Origin: the human T2T-CHM13v2.0 reference genome, Homo sapiens
Length of the DNA: 64,000 nucleotides
Reading direction: 5' to 3' (one strand)
Assembly: GCF_009914755.1 (NCBI RefSeq)
Contig: NC_060939.1
The position numbers were made by a program, and so were the translations under genes. How positions within the stretch are numbered: the stretch's first letter is position 1; every line of letters begins with the position of its first letter. The notes below the pieces were generated by a model. That model was not told where the DNA came from. It did no database searches and worked only from the letters and a program-made list of their open reading frames with translations. Below, piece after piece: positions 44,340 through 59,555 of this stretch.

Positions 44340-46480
44340 CCATTCAATTCGAGACCATTACATTCGACTCCATTACATTCGAGTCCATTCCTTTCGTGTC
44401 CTCTCAATTCGAGTACGTGCCATTCGAGTCCATTCCACTCGATTCCATTCCATTCCAGTGCATACCATTCCAACCCATTCAATGCCACACCTTTCCATTC
44501 CATTTCATTCCAATCCTTTCCACTCTACTCCTCTCCACTCCATTCCTTTCTATTCCATTCCACTACATTCCTCTCCAATCTACTCCACTCAACTCTACTC
44601 CAATTAATTCCATTCCTTTCCATTCCATTCCATTCCACTCCATTCCACTCCACTCCAATTCACTCCATTAAATTCCTTTCCACCCCATTCCATTCCACTC
44701 CTTTCCACTCCAATTAACTCGACTAAGTCCATTCGATTCCATTCGATGTCATTCGACTCCATTTGATGTCATTTGATTATATTGCATTCAATTCCATTCC
44801 GTTACATTTCATTCCATTCGATTCTATTTAATTCGAATCCATTCCATTCGATCCCTTTCCATTCAAGCCCATTCCATTCCAGTCCATTCCATCCCACTCC
44901 GTTTCAACCAAGTCCATTCTATTCGAGTCCATTCCATTTTATTCCATTCTATTCCATTGCATTCCATTTTACTCCGCATGACTCCATTCCATTCCACTCC
45001 ATTCCACTCCACTACACTCCATTCCATACCATTCCATTCCCTTCCATTCCATTCCATTCCATTCCACTCCACTGAACTCCACTCCACTTCACTCCACTCC
45101 ACTCCTCTCTGCTCTGCTCCACTCCACTCCATTCCACTCCATTCCATTCCATTGCATTGCATTCCACTCCATTCCATTCTATTGCATTTCATTCCACTCC
45201 TTTACACTCCACTCCACTCCACTCCGTTCAATTCCATTCCTCCCCATTCCATTCCATTCCACTCCATTCCACTAGATTCCAAGCTACTCCATTCAGTTTT
45301 GTTCCAACCCATTCCATTCCACTCAATTCCCTTCCACTCCACTCCACCTCACCGGGCTCTATTCGATCCCATTCAATGCCTTTTGTTACCATTCTATTCC
45401 ATTGCATTCGATTCCATTTGATTCCATTCCATTCCATTCCATTCCATTCCATTCCATTCCATTCCATTCCATTCCATTCCTTGCCATCTGATTCCATTCC
45501 GTCCGATTCCACTCTATTTGATTCCATTCCATTCCAGTCCATTCCATTCGAGTCCATTCCATTCGAGTCAATTCAATTCATATATATTCCCTTCCAGTCC
45601 ATTCCATTCGAGTCCATTCCTTTCGAGTGCACTGAATTCGAGTACGTGCCATTCAAGTCCATTCCACTCGACTCCATTCCATTCCAAGCCATTCCAATCC
45701 AATCCATTACATGTCACTGCTTTCCATGCCATTCCATTCCACTTTGTTCCACTTCACTCCACTCCATTCCTTTCCGTTCCATTCCACTGCATTCCTCTCC
45801 ACTCCACTCAAATGTACTCCAATCCATTCCATTCTGTTCCACTCTATTGCACTCCACTCCACTTCACTCCATTACATCCCTTTCCATGCCTTTCCATTCC
45901 ACTCCCTTTAACTCCCTTTCACTAAGTCTATTCAATTCCATTCAATGCCATTTGATTACACTGCATTCAAATCCATTCCATTCTATTTCATTCCCTTTGG
46001 ATCCATTCCATTCGAATCCATTCCATTCGAGCCTATTCCATTCAAGCCCATTCCATTCCAGTCCATTCCATCCCACTCCGTTTCCTTCAAATTCATTCCA
46101 TTCCATTCCATTCCTTTGTATTCTCTTCTATTACATTGCATTGAATTTCACTCTGCTACACTCCATTCCTTATCATTCCATTCCCTTCCATTCCATTCCC
46201 TTCCATTCCACTCCACTCAACTCCATTCCACTCCACTCAGCTCCACTCCACTCCATTCCATTCCATTCCAGTGCATTCCTTTCTACTCCATATCACTCCA
46301 CTCCAATCCACTCCTTTCAATTCCAATCCTTCCCATTCCATTCCATTCCACTCTATTCCACTACTTTCCAAGCTACTCCATTCAGTTCCGTTCGAACCCA
46401 TTCCCTTCCACTCAATCCCACTCCACTGCACTCCATCTCACTGCATTCTATTTGTTCCCATTTGATGCCATTCATTGCCA
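44340..46480 (+). repeat. Diverged ~1.1-1.2 kb tandem duplication (two modules per unit)
   Basis: GAGTACGTGCC at 44411/45640; ACTAAGTC at 44722/45921; CAAGCCCATTCCATTCCAGTCCATTCCATCCCACTCCGTTTC at 44864/46043; AAGCTACTCCATTCAGTT at 45281/46370. Confidence 0.88.
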
Positions 46481-47590
46481 TTTGATTCCATTACATTCGA
46501 TTCCACTGCATTCGATGCCATTCCATTCGATTCCTTTTCATTTGATTCCATTCCATCCGATTGCACTCCGTTTGAGTCCATTCCATTCCAGACCATTCCA
46601 GTCGAGTCCATTCCATTCCATTCCATTCGAGTCCATTCAATTCCAGTCCACTCCATTCCAGTTCATTGCATTCAATTCCATTCCACTTCACACCATTCCA
46701 TTCCACTCCACTCCTCTCTGTTCAATTCAACTCCACTCCAGATCAGTCCACTGAACTCCACTTCATTCCATTCCTTTCCATTGCATTGCATTCCACTCCT
46801 CTCCAATCCTCTCCACTCCATTCAATTCCATTTCTTCCCATTCCCTTCCATTCCACTCCATTCTAATCCACTCCACTCCAATCCATTCAATTACATTCCA
46901 CCCCATTCCATTCCACTCTATTCCACTCCACTCCAGTTGACTTCACAGCATTCCATTCTATTCCATTCAATGCCATTGGATTCAATTCCATTCAATTACT
47001 TTCCAATCAATTCTATTCCATTCACTTCCAATCCATTGCATTCCATTCCATTCCATTCCATCCCATTCCATTCGTGTCCATTCCATTCGAATCCATTCCA
47101 TTCCATTCCACTCTATTCCATTCCATTCCATTCCATTCCATTCTGTTCCATTCCATTCCATTCGATTCCAATCTATTTGAGTCCATTCCATTCAATTCCA
47201 TTCCATTCCAGTCCATTCCCCTCCAGTCCATTCCATTCTAGTCCATTCCATTTCATTCCATTCCATTGCACTCCACTCCACTCCACTCCACTCCACTCCA
47301 CTCCACTCCAGTCCATCCCACTCCACTCCACTTCACTGGACTCCACTTCACTCAATTCCATTCCATTGCATTCCACTCCACTCTACTGCACTCCTTTCAA
47401 TTCCAGTCATTCCTATTCCTTTCCATTCCACTTCATTCCACTCAACTCCACTCCACTCCATACAATTCCATTCCTCCACATTCCATTCTACTCCATTTCA
47501 TCCCACTCTACTCCACTTCACCACATTCTTTCAATTCCATTTGATTCCATTCGATTCCATTACATTCAATACCATACCATTTGTTTCCCT

Positions 47591-47780
47591 TCCATTCCAT
47601 TCAATTCCATTGCATTCCATTCCATTCGATACCATTCCATTCAATTCCATTCCGTTCAATTCCATTCCATTCTATGCCATTCCAATCAATTCCATTGCAT
47701 TCCATTCCATTCGATACCATTCCATTCAATTCCATTCTGTTCGATTCCATTCTATTCTATGCCATTCCATTCAATTCCAT
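47591..47780 (+). repeat. 85 bp tandem duplication
   Basis: TCGATACC at 47626/47711 and TCTATGCC at 47671/47756. Confidence 0.85.
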
Positions 47781-50700
47781 TCCATTTGATTCCATCCAAT
47801 TCGGTTCCATTCCATTTGATTACATTCCATTCCATTTGATTCCATTCCATTCGTTGCCATTCCATTCAAGTCCATTCCATTTCATTGCATTCCATTCCAT
47901 TCCATTCCACTCCGTTCCATTCTATTACTTTGCATTCCACTCCTCTCCACTCCACGACACTGCACTTTGTTCAATTCCATTCTGTCCCATTTCATTGAAT
48001 TCCATTCCATTCCATTCCATTCCATTCCATTCCATTCCATTCCTTTCTACTCCACTCCATTCCACGACATTGCACTCCACTGCATTGCAATCATTTATAT
48101 TACGCACCACTCCACTCCATTCCGGTACATTCGACTCCACTCCAATCCACTCCACACCATTGAATTCCATTCCCTCCCATTCCATTCGATTCCCTTCCAT
48201 TCTACACCAGTCCACTACAATCCATTCAAATCCATTCCTCCCCATTGTATTCCCATCCTTTCCACTCCACTGCTCTTTACTTCACCGAATTCCATTCGAT
48301 TCCATTTGATTTGATTCGATTCCATTCTATTACACTCTATTCGATTCCATTCCATTCCATTCTTTACATTCCACTCAATTCCATTCCATTCCTTTCCTTT
48401 CCACTCAATTCCATTCCATTCCATTTCATTGCATTCCAGTCTACTCCTCTGCACTCCACTGTATTCAATTCCATTCTATTGCTTTCCACTCCACTCCACT
48501 ATGTTCAATTCCATTCCTTCTCATTCCATACCATTCAACTCCATTCCACTCCACTCCACTCTATGCAATTCCATTCCTCACATTCCATTCCTCTCCATTC
48601 CAATCCACTCCACTCCAATTCACCAAATTCCATTTGATTTCATTCCATTCCATTCGATTCCATTCCATTCTATTCCTTTCAATTCCATTCAATTTGATTC
48701 CATTACATTCTATTCCATTCCTTTTGATTCCATTCCATTTGAGTCCATTCCATTCCATTCCATTCCATTTGAGTCCATTCCATTCCATTCTATTCCATGC
48801 CTTTCCGTTGCACTCCACTCCACTCCACTCCACTCCATTCCACTCCATTCCACTCCACTCCACTCCATTCAATTCCGTTACTTCCCATTCCTTTCCTTTC
48901 CACTCCATTCCACTCTACGCCACTCCATTCAATTCCATTCCACCGCATTCCATTCCACTCCATTCCACTCCACTGCCCTCCACTATACCACATTCCATTT
49001 GATTCCATTCCGTTCGATTCCATTTCTTTTGATTCCATTGCATTCTATTTCATTGCATTCTATTCCACTCCATTCGAGTCCATTCCATTCCAGTCCATTC
49101 CATTTCAGTCCATTCCATTCGTGTCCATTCCATTCCAGTCCATTCTATTCCAGTCCATTCCATTCGAGTCCCTTCCATTCCATTCGTGTCCATTCCTTTA
49201 CTATCCATTCCATTCCATTCCACTCCACTGCACTACACTACACTCCATTCAGTTCCAATCCTTCCCATTCCATTCCATTCCACACCATTCCACTCCACTC
49301 CACACCACCACATTCAATTCCATTCCACCAAATTCCCTTCAACTCCATTCCACTCCCCTCCTCTCCACTTTACCATATTCCTTTTGATTTCATTTGATGA
49401 CATTCAATTCCATTCAATTCGATTCCATTCCATTTGATTCTATTCCATTCAATCGCATTCGATTTGATTCCTTTCCATTCGATTCCATTCCATTCGATTC
49501 CATTACATTACCTCACATTAAATTTGATTCAATTCCATATGATTCCATTCCATTCTATTTCATTCGATTCCATTCCATTCCATTATGTTTGATTCCATTC
49601 CATTCACTTCCATTCCATTCGAGTCCATTCCATTTGTGTCTGTTCCATTCCACTTCATTCTATTTGAGTCCACTCCATTCCAGTTCATTCCATTAGTGTC
49701 CATACCTTTCCATTCCATTGCATTCTATTCCATTCCACTACATTCCACTCCTTTCCACTCTACTCCACTCCATTCCATTCCATTCTACTCCATTCCATTC
49801 CACTCCACTCCACACTATCCTAACCCACTCCAGTATACTCCTTTCCTATCCTTTCCATTCTATTTTACTCCATTGTGTTGCATCACATTCCATTCCATTC
49901 CATTCCATTCCATTCCATTCCATTCCATTGCATTCCATTCCATTCCGTTACATTCCATTCCACTCCACTCTACTCCAGTCCCCTCCCTTCAATACTATTC
50001 CTTCCCATTCCATTTCATTCCACTCCATTCCACTCCACACCTCTCCATTACATTCAGTTCCGTTCCACCCTATTCTATTCCACTCCATTCCACTTCACTC
50101 CTCTCCAGTTCACTGCATTCCATTCGAATCCATTCGATGCCATTAGATTCCATTCCATCCGATGCCATTTCATTTCATTCCATTCCATTCGATTCCATTC
50201 CATGCGATTCCATTCCATTCGCTACTATTCCATTTGATCTCATTCCATTCAAAGCCATTCCATTCGATTCCATTCCATTCCATTATACTTGATTCCGTTC
50301 CATTAGCGTCCATTCTATTTGAGTGCATTCCATTTCAGTCCTTTCCATTCCAGTCCATTCTATACCAGTCCATTTCATGTGAGTCCATTTTATTCAATTC
50401 CATTCTATTCCATTCCACTCCACTCCATGCCTCTCCTCTCCACTCCACTCCATTCCATCCATTCCATTACATTCCACTACACTCCGCTCCACTCCACTCC
50501 TTTCAATTCCATTCCTTACCATTCCATTCCATTCCCCGCCACTCCAATACACTCTACTCTATTCCATTCCAGTCCATTCCATTCCACTCCATTCCACTTT
50601 GCTCCAATCCAGTTCACCGCATTGCATTTGATTCCATTCGATTTCATTTGATTCTGTTCGATTCTAATCCATTCAATTATATTGCATTTGATTCCATTCC

Positions 50701-52490
50701 ATTTGGGTCCATTCCACTCTAGTCCACTCCAATGCTTTCCATTCCATTCTGTTGCGTTCCATGCCAGTCCATTCCATTTCAGTCCATTCCACTCCACTAC
50801 AATCCATTCCACTCCACTCCAATCCGTTCAATTCCATTCCTACCCATTCCATTCCATTCCACTCCATTCCACTCCACTCCTCTTAACTCCATTCAATTCC
50901 ATTCCATCCCATTGCATTCCTCTCCTTTCCACTTCAGTCCACTCCAGTTCACCACTTTCCATTCAATTCCAATCGATGCCATTCAAGTCCATTCCATTCG
51001 AGTCCATTCCATTCCAGTGCATTCCATTCGAGTCCATTTCATTCGAATCCATTTATTACCTGTCCATTTCATTCGATTCCATTCCATTCGATTCCATTCC
51101 ATTCATTTCCATTCCATACGAGTCCATTCCATTCCGGTCCATTCTATTCGAGTCCATTCCATTCGAGTCCGTTTCCTGAAATTCCCTTCCATTCAATTCC
51201 ATTTCATTCCATTATATTCGATTCCATTCCATTCGTGTCCATTCCATTCCAGTCCATTACATTTAAGTCAATTCCATTCCATTCCATTCCATTCCATTCC
51301 ATTCCATTCCATTCCATTCAATTTCATTCCATTCCATTCCATAGCATTCAATTCCACTTCACATCACTGCACTCCTCTCCACTCCATTCCACTGCATTCC
51401 ATTGCATTCCACTCCATTTCACTCCACTCCACTCCATTCTGTTCAATTCCATTCCTTGTCCTTCCATTGCATTCCACTCCATTCCCCTCCACTCCACTCC
51501 ACTCCATTCTATTGAATTCCACCCTTTCCATTCCACTCTATTCCACTCCACTCAACTTTACTTCACCAAATTCCTTTCGGTTCCATTCGATTCCATTCTA
51601 CTCCATTCGATTCCGCTCCATTCGGTTCCATTCCACTCAAGTCCATTCCATTCGCTTTCTTTCCATTCCATTCCAGACCAGTCCAGTCCACTCCATTCCA
51701 GCCCTTTCCTCTCCACTCCAGACCACTCCACTCTTTTCAGTTCCATTCCTTCCTATGCCATTCCATTTCACTCCATTGCATTGCATTTCACTCCTCCCCA
51801 TTCCATTCCATTCCATGCCATTCCATTCCCCTCCACTACACTCCAATTCTCCACATTCCATTTGATTCTAATTGGTGCCATTCCATTACATTCAATGCAA
51901 CTCCATTCTGTTTGATTCCATTCCATTTGATTCCATTCCTTTCACTTCCATTCCATTGCAGTCCGTTACATTCGATTCCATTCCATTTGATTCCATTCTA
52001 TTAGATTCGACTCCAATCTATTCTATTGCATTCGAGTCCATTCCATTCCAGTAATTTCTATTCGAGTTCATTCCATTCCATCCATTCCATTCCATTCCAT
52101 TCCGTTCCATTCCATTCCATTCGAGTCAATTTCATTTGAGTCCATTCCATTGCAGTCAATTCTATTCGAGTCCATTTCATTCCGTTCCATTCCATTCCAC
52201 TCCAATCCATTCCATTCGATTCCATTCCATTTGATTCCAGTCCATTCCATTCCATTCCATTCGAGTCCATTCCTCTCGAGTTCATTCCATTCCATTCCAT
52301 TCCATTCCTCTCCATTCCACTCCACTCCACTCTACTCCACTCCACTCTGCTCAATTTCATTCCTTCCCATTGCGTACCATTCCACTCCATTCTGCTACAT
52401 TTCACTCCACTCCACTACACTTCACCTCATTCCATATGATTCTATTTGATGCCATTCATTTCCATACCTTTCTATTCCTTTCCATTCGAT

Positions 52491-52930
52491 TCCATTCTAT
52501 TTGATTCTGTTCCATTCCAGTCCATTCCATTCAATTCCATTCCATTCAATTCCATTCAATTTGATTCTATTCCTTTCCATTCCATTCCATTCCAACGCAT
52601 TCAATTCCAATCCATTGCATTCCATTCCATTCGATTCCATTCTATTTGGTTCTGTTCCATTCCAGTCCATTCCATTCAATTCCATTCCATTCAATTCCAT
52701 TCAATTTGATTCTATTCCTTTCCATTCCATTCCATTCCAACGCATTCAATTCCAATCCATTGCATTCCATTCAATTCCATTCCATTCTATTTGATTCTGT
52801 TCCATTCCAGTCCATTCCATTCAATTCCATTCCATTCAATTCCATTCAATTTGATTCTATTCCTTTCCATTCCATTCCATTCCAACGCATTCAATTCCAA
52901 TCCATTGCATTCAATTCCAATCCATTGCAT
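52491..52930 (+). repeat. Near-perfect 145 bp tandem triplication plus a terminal 20 bp duplication
   Basis: Units start at 52491, 52636 and 52781. Copies 1 and 3 are identical over the first 130 bp; copy 2 has one A>G (TTGGT vs TTGAT). Each carries CCAACGCATTCAATTCCAATCC. ORF starts at 52501/52646/52791 confirm the period. Confidence 0.95.
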
Positions 52931-54066
52931 TCCATTCCATTCCATTCCATTCTATTGCATTCCATTGCATTCCTCTTGATTCCATTCGATTCCTTTCGAT
53001 TCCATTTCACTCCCTTCCTTTCCATTCCATTCGATTCCTTTCTATTCCATTCCATTCCTTTCCACTCCATTTGATTTCATTCTATTCGAGTCCATTGCTT
53101 TCGGTTCCATTCCTTTCAGTTACGTTTCATTCCATTGTATTCTTTAGCATTCCATTTTATTCCATTCGACTCCATTCCATTCCATTTGATTTCATTCCAT
53201 TCTTCTCCTTTCCATTTGAGTCCATTCCATTCCACTCCACTCTACTCCAACCTATACCACTCCACTCCTTTCCATTCCACTCCTTTCCACTCCATTTCAC
53301 TCCATTCCATTCGATTCCATTCCTTTCCTTTCCATTCCATTCCATGGCATTCCATTCCACTCCACTCCACTCCACTCCATTCAATTCCATTCCTTCTCAT
53401 TCTATTCCATTCCACTCGATTCCACTCCACTCCACTCCACTACATTCAATTCCATTCCATCCCTTTCCATTCCACTCCTTTCCAATCCACTCCTCTCCAC
53501 TTCATTGTGTTCCTTTTGATTTCATTTGATGGCATTCGATTCCATTCAATTGGATTCTATTCCATTGTATTCTATTCCATTCAATCCCATCCGATTCAAT
53601 TCCATTCCATTCTATCCCATTCCATTCGATTCCATTCCAATTGATTTGATTCCATTCCATTCCATTCCATTCCATTCCATTCCATTCCATTATTGTCGAT
53701 CCTTTCCATGTGAGTGCTTTCCATTCGAGTCTATTCCATTCAGGTCCATTCCATTCCAGTCCATTGCATTTGAGTCCATTTTATACCAGTCCATTCCATT
53801 CGAGTCCATTCCATTCCATTCCTTTCCATTCTATTCAATTCCACTCCACTACCCTCCTCTCCATTCCACTCCACTCCACTCCATTCCATTCCATTCCACT
53901 CCACCCCACTCCATCCTACCCCAATCCAGTCCATTCCATTCCACTGTTTTCCACTCCATTTTAATCCATTGCATTCCATTCCATTCCATTCCATTGCATT
54001 CCATTCCTTTCCACTACAGTCCACTCCTTTCAATACTATTCCTTCCCTTTACATTCCACTCCACTT

Positions 54067-54176
54067 CATTACACTCCACTCCACTACATTCAATTCCATC
54101 CCTCCCCATTCAATTCCACTCCATTACACTCCACTCCACTACATTCAATTCCATCCCTCCCCATTCCATTCCACTC
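54067..54176 (+). repeat. 55 bp tandem duplication
   Basis: CATTACACTCCACTCCACTACATTCAATTCCATCCCTCCCCATTC at 54067 and 54122. Confidence 0.88.
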
Positions 54177-57100
54177 TATTCCACTCCACTCCTCTCCAGT
54201 TCTCCGCATTCCATTCTATTCCGTTTGATGTCATTCGATTCAATTCAATTCGATTCCATTCCATTCGATTCCATTCTATTCGATGGCATTCAATAGATTC
54301 CACTGCATTTTATTCCATTTGATTCGATTACATTCCATTCGATCCTATTCCATTCAATTCCATTACATTCGATTCCATTCCATTCCATTCCATTATATTC
54401 GATTCTATTCCTTTCGAGTCCATTGTATTAATGTCCATTCCATTCGATTGCATTCCATTCCAGTCCATTCCTTTCGAGTCCATTCTATCTCAGTCCATTT
54501 CATTCGCGTCCATTCCAATCAATTCCATCCTTTTACATTCCACTGCACTCCATTCCTCTGCACTCCACTCCACCCCATTCCATCCATTCCATTGCATTCC
54601 GCTTCCCTCCATGTCACTCCACTCCATTCAATTCCATTCCTTCCTATTCCATTCCATTCCACTCCATTCCCCTCGACTCCACTCCACTCCATTCTATTCC
54701 ATTCCACCGCATTCCATTACACTCCATTCAATTTTGCTCCACTCCCTTTTGCTCCACTCAACTTCACCACATTCCATTCGGTTCCAATTGATTCCATTCG
54801 ATTTCTTTCATTTCAATTCCATTCAATTTTATTCCATTTGATTCCATTCCATTTGATTACATTCCGTTCGATTCCATTCCATTCTATTTCGTTCCATTCC
54901 ATTCCATTCTATTCCAGTCCATTCCATTCCAGTCTATTCCACTCCAGTCCATTCCACTGCACTCCACTCCACTCCACACCACAGCAATTCATTCAATTGC
55001 ATTCCTTCCCATTCGGTTCCATTCCACTCCATTCCTCTCCACTCCACTAAACTCTATTCAATTTTTTTCCACCCCATTCCATTCCACTGCATTCCTCTCC
55101 ACTTCACTCCACTTAACAGCATTCCATTTTATTGCATTCGATGCCATTTGAGTCCATTCCATTCGAATCCATTACATTCCAGTTCATTTCATTCAAGCCC
55201 ATTTTATTCAATTCCATTCTATTCCATTCCTCTCCTCTCCACTCCTCTCCACTCCAATCCTCTCCATTGCATCCATCCAATTGCATTCCACTCCCTTCTG
55301 CTCCACTCCACTGAGTTCAATTCCATTCCTTCCATTTCCTTTCCATTCCACTCCACTCCCCTACACTCCAGTCCACTACATTCTTTTCCATTCCACCTCA
55401 TTCCATTCCACTCCATTCCACTTTGCTCCACTCCACTTTACTGCATTCCATTTGATTCCATTTGATGCCATTCAATTCCGTTCGATTCCATTCCATTCAA
55501 TTTTATTCCATTTGATTCCATTCCATTCGCGTCTGTTCCATTCGAGTCCATTCCATTCCAATCCATTCCATTCCATTCCAGTCCATTCCATTGCTGTCTA
55601 TTCTACTCCACTCCACTCCATTCCACTCCACTGAAATCTGATCAATTCCATTCCTTCCCATTCCATTCCATTCCACTCTATTCCACTCCACTCCACTCCA
55701 CTCCACTAAACTCCATTCAATTTTATTCCACCCCATTCCATTCCACCCCATTCGACTTCACTCCACTTCACCGCATTCCTTTCACTTCCATTCATTGCCA
55801 TGCCCTTCTGTTCCATTCGGGTCCATTCCATTCCCGTCCTTTCCATTCAAGTCCATTCTGTTTGAGTCCATTCCTTTAGATTCGATTCCATTCAATTCCA
55901 TTCCATTCGAATCCATTCCATTCCCGTCCATTCCATTCGAGTCCATTCCATTCTAGTCCGTTCCACCTGAGTCCATTGTATTCCATTCCATTCCATTGCA
56001 TTCAACTCCACTCCACATCACTACACTACTGTCCACTCCATTCCATTCCATTCTCATGCATTCCACTCCACTCCTCTCCAATCCACTCTTTTCAATTCCA
56101 TTCCTTCTCATTTGATTCCATTCCACTCCATTCCCCTCCACTCCAATCAACTCCATTCTATTCCATTCCACTCCACTCTATCCCACTCCACTCCACTCCT
56201 CTTCACCGAATTCCACTCGATTCCATTCAATTTCATTCTATTCCTATTGATTCCATTCCATTTGATTCCCGTCCATTCGAGTCCATTTCATTTGAGTCCA
56301 TTCCATTCCATTCCATTCCACTCCATTCCATTTGAGTCCACTCCATTCCATTACACTCCATTCCATTCCATTCCATTAAACTCCATTCCATTCCATTCCA
56401 TTCCGTTGCATTATATTCCACTCCACTTCACTCCGTTCCTTTCCTTTCCTTTCCATTCTTTTCCAGTCCACTCCATTCCACACCACTGAACTTCACTCCA
56501 TTCCATTCCACTCCATTTCTTTCTATTCCAATCCACTCCACTACACTCCATTCCTCTCCACTCCATTGCACTCCAATTCACTCAACGCCATTCCATTGCA
56601 CTTCACTCCAATACATTCCACTCCACTCCATTCCATTCCATTCCATTGCATTCCACTCCTCCCCACCTCTCCACTCCACTCCTATGCATTCAATTCCATT
56701 CCACCCCATTCCATTCCACCCCATTCCAATCTTCTCCACTCCACTTCACCGTATTCCATTACTTTCCATTAGATGCCATTCCATTGCTCTTTATTCAATT
56801 CCATTCCATTCGATTCCATTCCATTCGATTCCTTTCCTTTCGATTCCGATCCATTTGATTGCATTCCGTTCGATTCCATTCCCTTTGAGTCCATTCCATT
56901 CGAGTCCATTCTATTCCAGTCCATTCCGATCAGGTCCACTCCATTGGAGTCTATCCCATTCCATTCCAATCCATTCCATTTCATTCCATTCCATTCCATT
57001 CCATTCCATTCCATTCCATTCCATTGCATTCCATTCCATTCCATTCCATTCCATTCCATTGCATTCCATTCCATTCCATTCATTTCCATTCCTTTCCCGT

Positions 57101-59555
57101 CTTTTCCCTTCCCTTCTATTCCATTCAATTCTACTACACTCCCTTCCATTCCACGTGACTCCAATGCATTCCAATCCATTCCACTCCATTCCACTATGTT
57201 CCATTCCATTTCATTCCACTGAAATCCACTCCAATCCACTCCGTTCAATTTCATTCCTTCCCAATCCATTCCATTCCAGTCAACTCCACTCCAATCCATT
57301 CAATTCCGTTGACCCCGTTCCATTCAACTCCATTCCACACCACTCCACTCCACTCAACTATGTTCAATTCCAATCCACCCCTTTCCATTCCACTCCATTC
57401 CACTCTTGACCTCTACAGTTCACCGTATTCCATTTGGTTCCATTTGAAGACATTCGGTTCCATTCAATTCATTTCCATTCTATTGGATTCCATTCCATTC
57501 CATCCCATTCAATTCGATTCCATTCCATTTGATTCCATTCCATTCGATTCCATTCCATCCCATTCCATTTGATTCCATTCCATTCGATTTGATTCAATTC
57601 GATTCAAGTCCATTGCATTCCATTCCATTCCAGTCCTGTATGTTCCATTAGATTCCATTCGATTCCATTCCGTTGGAGTCCATTCCTTATGGTCCATTCC
57701 ATTCCAGTCCATTCAATTTGAGTCCATTCCATTTGAGTCCATTCCATTCCAGTCATTTCCATTCCAGTCCATTCCAGTTCATTCTGTTTGAGTGCATTCC
57801 AGTAAACTGCTTTCCATTCCATTCCACTCCACTCCGTTAAATTCCACTCCTTTCCACTCTATTCCACTCCATTCCATTCCATTCCTTTCCAATCCATTTC
57901 CTTACATTGCATTCCATTCCAGTCCGCTCCACTATAATCCTCTCCGTTCACTTCCATTCCTTCTCATTCCTTTCCACCCCATTCCACTCTTATCCACTCC
58001 ACCCCATTCAATCCTATTCAACCCCATTCCATTCCACTCCATTCCACTCCTCTCTGCTCCTCTTCACGGCATTCCTGTCAATGCCATTCGATTCCCTTCC
58101 ATTTCATTACATTCCATTGGATTCCATTCCAATTGATTCCTTTCCTTTCGTTTCCATTCCATTCAAATCCATTCTATTCACGAAGAGTGCATTCTATTCC
58201 ATTCCATTCCATACCAATCCATTCCATTACCCTCCTCTGCCCTGCACTCCAATCCCCTCCAACCCACTTCATTCCTTTCCATTCCATTCCACTCCACTCC
58301 AGTCCACTCTATTCTACTCCATTCCATTCCATTCCATTCCACTCCATTCCATTCCATTCTATTCCATTCCAGTACACACCAATACACTCCATTCGAATCC
58401 AATCCACACCATTCCATTCCACTACATTCCACTCCACTGCACTCCCCTTCAATGCATTCCATTCGATTAGATTCGACTCCATTCAATTCCATTCCATTCG
58501 ATTCCACTCCATTTGATCCCATTCCCTTCAATTCCATTGCATTTGATTTCATTCCATTGCATTCCATTCCATTCCAGTCCATTCCACTTGAGTCCATTCC
58601 ATTCCTTTCCATTAAATTCGAGTCCATTCCATTCCACTCCATTCCATTCCATTCCATTCCACTCCATTCCATTCCATTCCATTGCATTTGATTTCATTCC
58701 TTTCGTGTCCATTTCATTTGATTCTATTACATTCGATGCCATTCCATTCCAGTCCATTCCATCGAGTCCATTCCATTAAATTCCATTCTTTCCATTCCAT
58801 TCCATTCCAGTCCATTCCATTCCCATCCACTCCACTCAACTCCACTCCATTCAGTTCTATTCCCTCCCATTCCATTCCACTCCATTCCCCTCCACTACAC
58901 TCAATTGCTTTCCACCACATTCCATTCTACTCTTTTGCACTACACTCCACTCCACTTCACCGAATTCCATTTGATTCCATTTGATGCCATTTGATTCCAT
59001 GCCATTCGATGCCATTCCATTCGACTCCATTGCATTCCCCTCTATTCCACGCAATTCCATTGCATTTCATTCGATTCCATTCCAGTCGATTCTATTCTAT
59101 TCGATTCGATTCGATTCCATTCCATTCCATTCCATTCCATTCCTTTCCATTCCATTCCTTTGCATATCATTTCCACTCTACTCCACTAAACTCCAATCCA
59201 ATCAATTCCATTTCTTCTCATTCCATTACTTTCCATTTCATTCCACTGCAATCCACTGCACTCCATTAAATTCCATTCCACCCCATTTCATTCCACTCCA
59301 TTCCACACTGGTCTTCTCCACTTCAACATATTCCAGTCGATGCCATTTGATTGCAATCCTTTCGATTCCATTCCATTGTTTTCCATTCCTATTGATTCCA
59401 TTCCATTTTATTTCATTCCTTTCGAGTCCATTTCATTCGTTTCCACTCCATTCCTTTTGTTTCTATTGCATTCCATTCCATTCCTTTGGAGTCCATTCCA
59501 TTCCATTCTAGTCCATTCTATTCCATTCCATTTCATTCCATTCAATTCCATTCTA

